A stretch of DNA of 59,924 nucleotides, filler included, from Stramenopiles sp. TOSAG23-2 (lineage: Eukaryota), in assembly GCA_900128395.1 (NCBI GenBank). It is 3 parts of 3 records of this genome, joined end to end, with 100 filler letters (N's around TTAATTAATTAA, not from the genome) between each part and the next. Parts side by side here need not be neighbours in the genome. Positions count along the whole stretch, not along the records: positions 40,026 to 59,924 come from LT649571.1; 2 more parts are not named here. One strand, given 5' to 3'. This document shows, piece after piece, positions 53,765 through 59,924 of this stretch. Each line of letters begins with the position of its first letter. The stretch's first letter is position 1. The position numbers were made by a program, and so were the translations under genes. The notes beneath the pieces were generated by a model. The model saw nothing but the letters and a program-made list of their open reading frames with translations, ran no database searches and was not told where the DNA came from.

Positions 53765-55069
53765 TTATGTATTGTGTCTAAAGACGATGACATCACCTTC
53801 CTCAACAACATATTCTTTACCTTCACTACGTATTAAACCATTATCTTTCGCATTTGACCAACTCTTGTGTTTGATTAAGTCTTCCCAATGAACACATTCA
53901 GCACGTATAAATCCTTTTTCAAAATCACTATGAATAACTGAGGCAGCTTTTGGTGCACTGAAACCTTTTTTAATAGTCCATGCGCGTGTTTCTTTCTTAC
54001 CAGTAGTAAAAAACGTTTGTAAACGTAACATTTTATATACGTGTTGAATTAATAATTTCAATCCAATCTTTGATGGATCGTTAATTTTTAAATCCATCAA
54101 ATAATCATGCTTTTCATTCTCATCTAATACAATTAACTCGCTTTCAAATTGTGCACTAACTGGTATACATTCACGATTTTCCTCCTTTGCTAACTTTAAT
54201 AATTCTTGATAATATTTATTCTGTTCATATGTTCCTAATTCATCTTCGGAAACATTTGCAGCATATATCATATCTTTAAAGGTTAATAATTGAAATGCTT
54301 TTACAATGTCATATTCTTGCGAAGTTAGTTCATTTGCAACTTCAATAGCTGGGCGTCCATCATTTAATACATTATAAACTTTTTCCACAGCAGTAGCTTC
54401 ATTCATATCTACATCTTTTTTACTCTTTTTAATACGAGTATGCCTATTTTCAATCAGTTGTAAATCATGTAATAACAATTCCGTATTGATAATAAAAGCA
54501 TCTCGTACTGGATCAATCGTGGTTTCTGTATGTATAATTTCTTCATTATCAAAACAACGTACAACATGTACAATAGCATCTGTTTCTTTAATATTTGACA
54601 AAAATTTGTTTCCAAGACCTTCCCCTTTTGAAGCCCCTGCAATAAGTCCAGCAATATCAACAAATTCAAGATAAGTTGGTATAATTTTTTCCGATGCAGA
54701 CATGTTTCCTAATTTTTTTAATCGTATATCTTCTACGTTTGAAATGCCGATATTTGGATCAATAGTACAAAATGGGAAATTAGCTGCTTCTGCTGATGTT
54801 GAATTTGTCATAGCATTAAATAAGGAACTCTTACCAACGTTTGGTAAACCAACAATTCCAGTTTGTATTTTTTTTCTTATCTTTGTTGTATGATATAATT
54901 TTTTATTACTCATCATGATCATATTAGTATTATTATTATATGTTCCATTATAATTATAATTTTTTTTTATCATTAGTTTTCTGATATTGTTTCTCATGCT
55001 TCCATAATAATATTTGGAAAAACATTGCTGTTGATAAACCGTTTTATTACATAAAAATGCTTTTAACAT
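53765..55069 (-). CDS. ychF: Obg-like ATPase YchF (bacterial type, probably mitochondria-targeted)
   Basis: GIVGLPNVGKS, ANFPFCTIDPN, DIAGL, ANVSE, TGS domain IHSDFEKGFIRAE..EGKEY. Basic N-terminal presequence-like extension. Confidence 0.95.
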   Translation of the reverse strand: MLKAFLCNKTVYQQQCFSKYYYGSMRNNIRKLMIKKNYNYNGTYNNNTNMIMMSNKKLYHTTKIRKKIQTGIVGLPNVGKSSLFNAMTNSTSAEAANFPFCTIDPNIGISNVEDIRLKKLGNMSASEKIIPTYLEFVDIAGLIAGASKGEGLGNKFLSNIKETDAIVHVVRCFDNEEIIHTETTIDPVRDAFIINTELLLHDLQLIENRHTRIKKSKKDVDMNEATAVEKVYNVLNDGRPAIEVANELTSQEYDIVKAFQLLTFKDMIYAANVSEDELGTYEQNKYYQELLKLAKEENRECIPVSAQFESELIVLDENEKHDYLMDLKINDPSKIGLKLLIQHVYKMLRLQTFFTTGKKETRAWTIKKGFSAPKAASVIHSDFEKGFIRAECVHWEDLIKHKSWSNAKDNGLIRSEGKEYVVEEGDVIVFRHNT

Positions 55070-55374
55070 TGTTAATATATTTCGTGATTCAATCCACTAT
55101 ATATAATTCTAAATTATCTTACATATATTTCCTGTGGTGTATACATTTCTATTTTTTTCCCTTGTTGATTATTATGTTTTGAGTAGCACAGTACGGTATA
55201 ACATATATTAATATATAAAAGTTAAAAGGTGTGTTAGTGTAGTAAAAATTTAAATTATACTTAATCTTGCTGCATCATGGAAAAATAGAAAAAGGGATTT
55301 AGATTAAATACAAACAGATTGTGAAATAGAAAGTCTCTCTCTCTGTGTAAGTAGAAGACATTTACATAAAGATA

Positions 55375-55407
<33 letters not shown>

Positions 55408-55415
55408 GAATACAA

Positions 55416-55658
55416 ATGGAATCTATCAAAAATTATATATTGTATGTACATGATGATGTAAATTATAATGCTATTTTTATTGCTCAAATTATAGGAATTT
55501 TTATATGTATCATGTTGTATATATTGCAAGAATATTATAGTAATGTCTTTGAAGGGTATTTTGTTATTTTTTTACCATTTATACCTGCTGCAATTAGGCA
55601 GTATTTTATTAGAGAACGATGGAAAAACAAAATGAACAAGAAAACAAAGAAAGAGTAA
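55416..55658 (+). CDS. Small two-TM hypothetical membrane protein
   Basis: 80-aa ORF with an A-rich start context, two hydrophobic segments and a basic tail. Confidence 0.5.
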   Translation: MESIKNYILYVHDDVNYNAIFIAQIIGIFICIMLYILQEYYSNVFEGYFVIFLPFIPAAIRQYFIRERWKNKMNKKTKKE

Positions 55659-56376
55659 AACAAAAAATATATGTAAAATAAATTTTATATTAAAAAAATT
55701 ATAAATAATTGTAGATTGCATAAATTCAAAACAAGTCAATGGTTAAAAGAGGAGGTTTCAAATGGAAAAGTGAAAAGATATGTGTACACACAGTGTGCAC
55801 ACATCGAAATATTTTATATTATATATATATGTAATGATATTGACAAAAGAAATTTTAAAATATGCATTTATAGTTTTATACTCTTAACAAATACGAAGTT
55901 CGTAACGTACATCGTTCATCCTTGTATCATAATTCACTATATTCGTAATTTCTAATGTCCCCCCGTCAAAATCAATCCCCAACTTCTTCTCTTTCCCCTC
56001 CGCTTTTTAAAATTTTTAATCTCAAATATCAAAAAATAACACACATTCATCATGTAAAATATGTGATACATAATATGTATATCATGATGTTTGTATTATA
56101 TGTACGCACGCACACGTATATATACCATATTCATTTTCTCCAATAAATCGTGTGTCGTTTTTCTTTATTTTATTATTTTATTTTTTTCTCCTAATTTATC
56201 TTTCACGTCTTGTTTTTTCTTACATAACAAATATATAGAGTGTTACAAAAAAACAACGAAAAAGTCCTCCTATTCTTAATTACGTATCATATTGTATATA
56301 TAAATTAATATTTTCAATTATTTACAACTATTTAATATTAATTGATTCAAAGACACGTATATATATATATATATCA

Positions 56377-58359
56377 TTATGACATTTTCAATCTTTCCAA
56401 TTTATTTTTATGAATACGTACTTTAATGATTAAATCTTCAATATCATGCAATGAAAACCAATATAAATGACATTTTTCTTCCGGGCCGCAATTACAAAGA
56501 TGTTGCCAATGTCTCAAACAAACAACACGTTCCGAATCGCAAGAGCATACTAACGCAGAAACGTAGCACATATGCATACAAATATGGCATTGGCGTTTCT
56601 CATCGTATGATTCACTATCTTCATCCGCGGGCATTGGTACATCGGTTGTTACTCCATTGCGAGCCAAATCACTTCTTAAATATTTTTGATCGTTCATAGT
56701 ACGTTGCAAATCTTTTATCAATATTTCACAAGATTCTACATCTTTCAAATCTGTTGGATTCCTAGCAACTTGCATTAATAAACGTTCGTTTGATATGGAT
56801 GGTGCGCGTTGTGATTTTCTATAAGTTTCACTCGCGTCTCGGCCAAATGGGATCCAATCTGGCAACGCAAAGTTGACAGCCTCACCACAATTAAAACCAA
56901 GGCTGAAACCACCGTGAAATGCTTTTGGAAACGTAACGATGTATTCACCAGGATTTTGAACACATTTTACTAATGGTACATTTGCTGCTGTCAACGTCGC
57001 TGGGCCTGTCATTAAAACTAATTTTTGCAACACATCCTTTTCCTCTCTAACTCGTTGTGCTTTCATTTTTTCAATACATTGTTCAAATTTAGATGCATCC
57101 TTCCCTGGGACGCCATACCAAACTTTCGGTGCTCCATAATGATGGTAATTGATTGAATATAAATAATTGTCTTCATTATGCCACGCGAATGTTGAAAATA
57201 ACATTCCCATGTACAACCATGGTACATTGATCCCGTTGTAATTGCCACTAATGTTTCTTAATAAGGAACCAGGCCAATGGGGTAAATTGTTTAAGTTCCA
57301 TCCACAATTCTCATAATAATCTCCGTCATTAACTAAAGGTACGTTCTCTTCAAAACGTGCTTGTTTAGACGACGGTATTGATTGTTGGTATGAGAGACGG
57401 ATATCGTGTAAATCTTTGCGAACAGGAAAGCCACTACCATAGTCAATAACATCTAAATCATTGCCATATTCTACACTAACCTTATCTTCACATTTTTCAA
57501 CAATGCGCCAATATTCTTTGATAAGTTCTTCCGGTGTTGCGGTTATATTGTTATCATCATTTGCGTCGTTTGAACTACTACTACTATTACTACTACTACT
57601 ACTACAATTATCATTATTATTATTACTCATGTCATTATTATTGCCACTACTGCTACTACTATGACTATTTGTATTTCTTTTTTCTTCTTCTTTCTTTACA
57701 ATACCATCATTGCCGCCATTTAATCGACCAGCAATTTTCATTTCTTTCAAATGTTTTCTAGTGAATTCATTTGCCATAATTTCATATTCTTTTACAGTGT
57801 ATTTTTTGCCTTCAGGAAAGTAAATCCCTTCTTCCAAACGATGTAGATATTGTTTCTTTGTTAAAAAACGCTTTTCAGAATTAAACGGCGGCGTAAAACT
57901 ATGCAATTTAGCACTTGGTGGGTCCCACTCTTTCGGAGGAACTATTTTACAAATACCACAACGATCTGCACCAAATTCAACACGAATTTTACTTATATAT
58001 TCAATTGGATTCTCAAATTCTTTCAACGTCGGGTGGAAAACAGGTGCATCTGGCACTATGATACTCGAATCAAGTTTTTGAAGGCGCTTTGAATTCTCTA
58101 ACGCTTGTGCAATGGCTTTTTCCTCCGCTTGAGATGGTGGTGCCGAATCGTATCGTCTCTTGTTGGGTCGTCTTTTTTCTCTTTTTGATCGACGTAAATC
58201 TGGGTCATCACTGTATTTCCTTTTCATATTGCTAGTCGTTTCTTCCTTGTAAATAGACTTAATATCGTTATTCTTTGCTTCATCTTTTAAAATCTGGTTT
58301 ATTACTTCGACTTTAACATCTTCCATCTTAACATCAACATTCGTATCAACAGAATTCAT
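56377..58359 (-). CDS. JmjN/JmjC histone demethylase with C5HC2 zinc finger (KDM5/JARID1-like)
   Basis: JmjN APVFHPTLKEFENP..GICKIVPP; JmjC WHNEDNYLYSINYHH..FHGGFSLGFNCGEAVN; CHICMHMCY..C.C..CLRH..LCNC. Confidence 0.93.
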   Translation of the reverse strand: MNSVDTNVDVKMEDVKVEVINQILKDEAKNNDIKSIYKEETTSNMKRKYSDDPDLRRSKREKRRPNKRRYDSAPPSQAEEKAIAQALENSKRLQKLDSSIIVPDAPVFHPTLKEFENPIEYISKIRVEFGADRCGICKIVPPKEWDPPSAKLHSFTPPFNSEKRFLTKKQYLHRLEEGIYFPEGKKYTVKEYEIMANEFTRKHLKEMKIAGRLNGGNDGIVKKEEEKRNTNSHSSSSSGNNNDMSNNNNDNCSSSSSNSSSSSNDANDDNNITATPEELIKEYWRIVEKCEDKVSVEYGNDLDVIDYGSGFPVRKDLHDIRLSYQQSIPSSKQARFEENVPLVNDGDYYENCGWNLNNLPHWPGSLLRNISGNYNGINVPWLYMGMLFSTFAWHNEDNYLYSINYHHYGAPKVWYGVPGKDASKFEQCIEKMKAQRVREEKDVLQKLVLMTGPATLTAANVPLVKCVQNPGEYIVTFPKAFHGGFSLGFNCGEAVNFALPDWIPFGRDASETYRKSQRAPSISNERLLMQVARNPTDLKDVESCEILIKDLQRTMNDQKYLRSDLARNGVTTDVPMPADEDSESYDEKRQCHICMHMCYVSALVCSCDSERVVCLRHWQHLCNCGPEEKCHLYWFSLHDIEDLIIKVRIHKNKLERLKMS

Positions 58360-59147
58360 CTGCTGTTATGTTTTTTCGAACTTTTGTATATTCTCACGTT
58401 TTTTTTTCTGTTTCGAACTGTTGTTCTAGATATAGGTATATATATATGTAAGCTAAGTAAGTAAACTTAGTAGAATTAACAAATTGACAACTTTTGCTAT
58501 ATTTATATGTATAACGTTTGTTTCAAAGTGTATATGTATGCGTATCTGTGAGTAACAAAGTGTTTTATTGTATTGATCTGTCTCTTTGTTATCTATTGTT
58601 CTATTGAATGTTCATGTTCACATTTTCTTCCCTTGTAAATTTGTATCTGTCTGATATCATTCATGTACTGTACCATGTTAATGTTTGGTCCATGCCATGT
58701 TAAAATATGTGTGCTGCGATCCATCGTTATGTTTTTTTTTTGTCTATTCTTCGATTTTTGCTAATGCTATTTCTATACTATTTGTAAAATACAATCAATG
58801 AAGACAGTGTCGATTTATATGCCGGAGCGACTATGCTCGATCTCGTGTTTGATTGACACAAACTTACAGTAGAAGGCAATAAGGTATTTGGTCGTCTCTA
58901 TTATAGCCTTGAAATACTAGTATCCTCCCAGAACCTCTGTACACTTTACAAAGATTAATATCAGTACAACACTAAAACAGCTTTTCTATACATGGGTTTA
59001 AGGTTTTTTAATAAATGGGGCAGAAAAATAAAAGTGTTCGGTGGTCTATCTAGTGTAACGCTATTCCTAGAATCGCAAGAAGTTGATCCGTGTCTGTTCA
59101 TATTATTGATAATCATGAACTGAATCATCATTCATTGTGGTATAACT

Positions 59148-59459
59148 ATGAGATACCGTCGAAAAAATGAAGACAAAATGCACAGGCACGACCAATTAAA
59201 AATTGTAATACCATATGAATCATTTGGACCATCTGACCGACATACAGCAAAGATAAATGGAATATGTAAACGTATCCAGAAATTATCACCAATTCCAAAA
59301 AAAGATTTGCATCATACATTGTATAACACGGCAAAAACATACATTCATGAAATCTTACAAGCACACTATCCGCTCAATAACATACGAAAAATAGTGAGAT
59401 GCTATAGCAGCCTGGACGATCGATGGAACCAGATACTACAGGAATTGCAATTACTTTAA
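59148..59459 (+). other. Short unassigned ORF in a non-genic-looking terminal region
   Basis: 103-aa ATG-initiated ORF with no recognised motif. Confidence 0.25.
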
Positions 59460-59744
59460 CCACAAAAAATGGGATTTCCCAATCAATTACAGAAAAAAAG
59501 GGTTAAAATATATTTAATTTATGAGTAAGAAATATATCTATGTCAGGCTCGCCAACTCAACAATCAAACATGACCGATGATAGTGTTTTAACAGACGAAA
59601 AAGAAGACTCAATAGCATCACGAATGAAAAGAAGAAGAAATCAATAGCCAGAAGATCATGACGACAACAACAACAGCTACGAATATTAATATTCGTAGTT
59701 GTTGTCACCCCAAAGGTAATAAGTTTATTATGGACGTAGATCTA

Positions 59745-59924
59745 GTCGAAGTAATCACTAGTGTGTATGAAAATTCATTTACAGGGTATAAAATTTTATT
59801 TATAAATTAATGAGTAAGAATTAATTATACACGTGTATATATATTAAATTCTTACTCATTAATTTATAAATAAAATTTTATACCCTGTAAATGACTTTTG
59901 ATACACACTAGTGATTACTTCGGC
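59745..59924. repeat. Long inverted repeat/hairpin at the window end
   Basis: Arms 59745-59822 and 59847-59924 (78 bp, 3 mismatches). The 24-nt loop contains TATACACGTGTATA. Confidence 0.95.

Noticed and set aside
1-59924. tRNA, rRNA, transposase/RT genes, telomeric repeats, alternative genetic code
   Set aside because: None recognised by eye. Conserved genes read through cleanly in the standard code. tRNAscan and Rfam were not run.

Overview
AT-rich, gene-dense, intron-poor eukaryotic nuclear DNA in the standard genetic code. It probably comes from a flagellated protist; the cytochrome c motif [14 protein letters not shown] looks stramenopile-like, which is an inference. The window is a concatenation of three pieces joined by artificial 100-nt linkers (44N-TTAATTAATTAA-44N at 19919-20018 and 39926-40025), plus one all-N gap (10993-11140), so gene order across the linkers carries no meaning. 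About 30 protein genes are visible: an NCKX exchanger, a ceramidase, a Cys-rich membrane protein, PPT2, an ankyrin protein, a USP, a tetraspanin, a RING-YEATS protein, CFAP57, a KEA/TMCO3-type antiporter, CEP104-like, a universal stress protein, RNASEH2B, a WW-myosin-MyTH4, TRAPPC6, cytochrome c, a beta-lactamase-fold hydrolase, YchF and a KDM5-like demethylase. Only two introns are evident. The most notable observations are a standalone protein made of two dynein microtubule-binding domains, a secreted protein resembling ciliate trichocyst/granule-lattice proteins, a mini FLASH-like protein, three 27-bp 11-5-11 palindromes within a degenerate inverted repeat, a 78-bp-arm hairpin at the window end, and many local 55-117 bp duplications, often over start or stop codons. 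All family calls come from motif recognition by eye; no searches were run.
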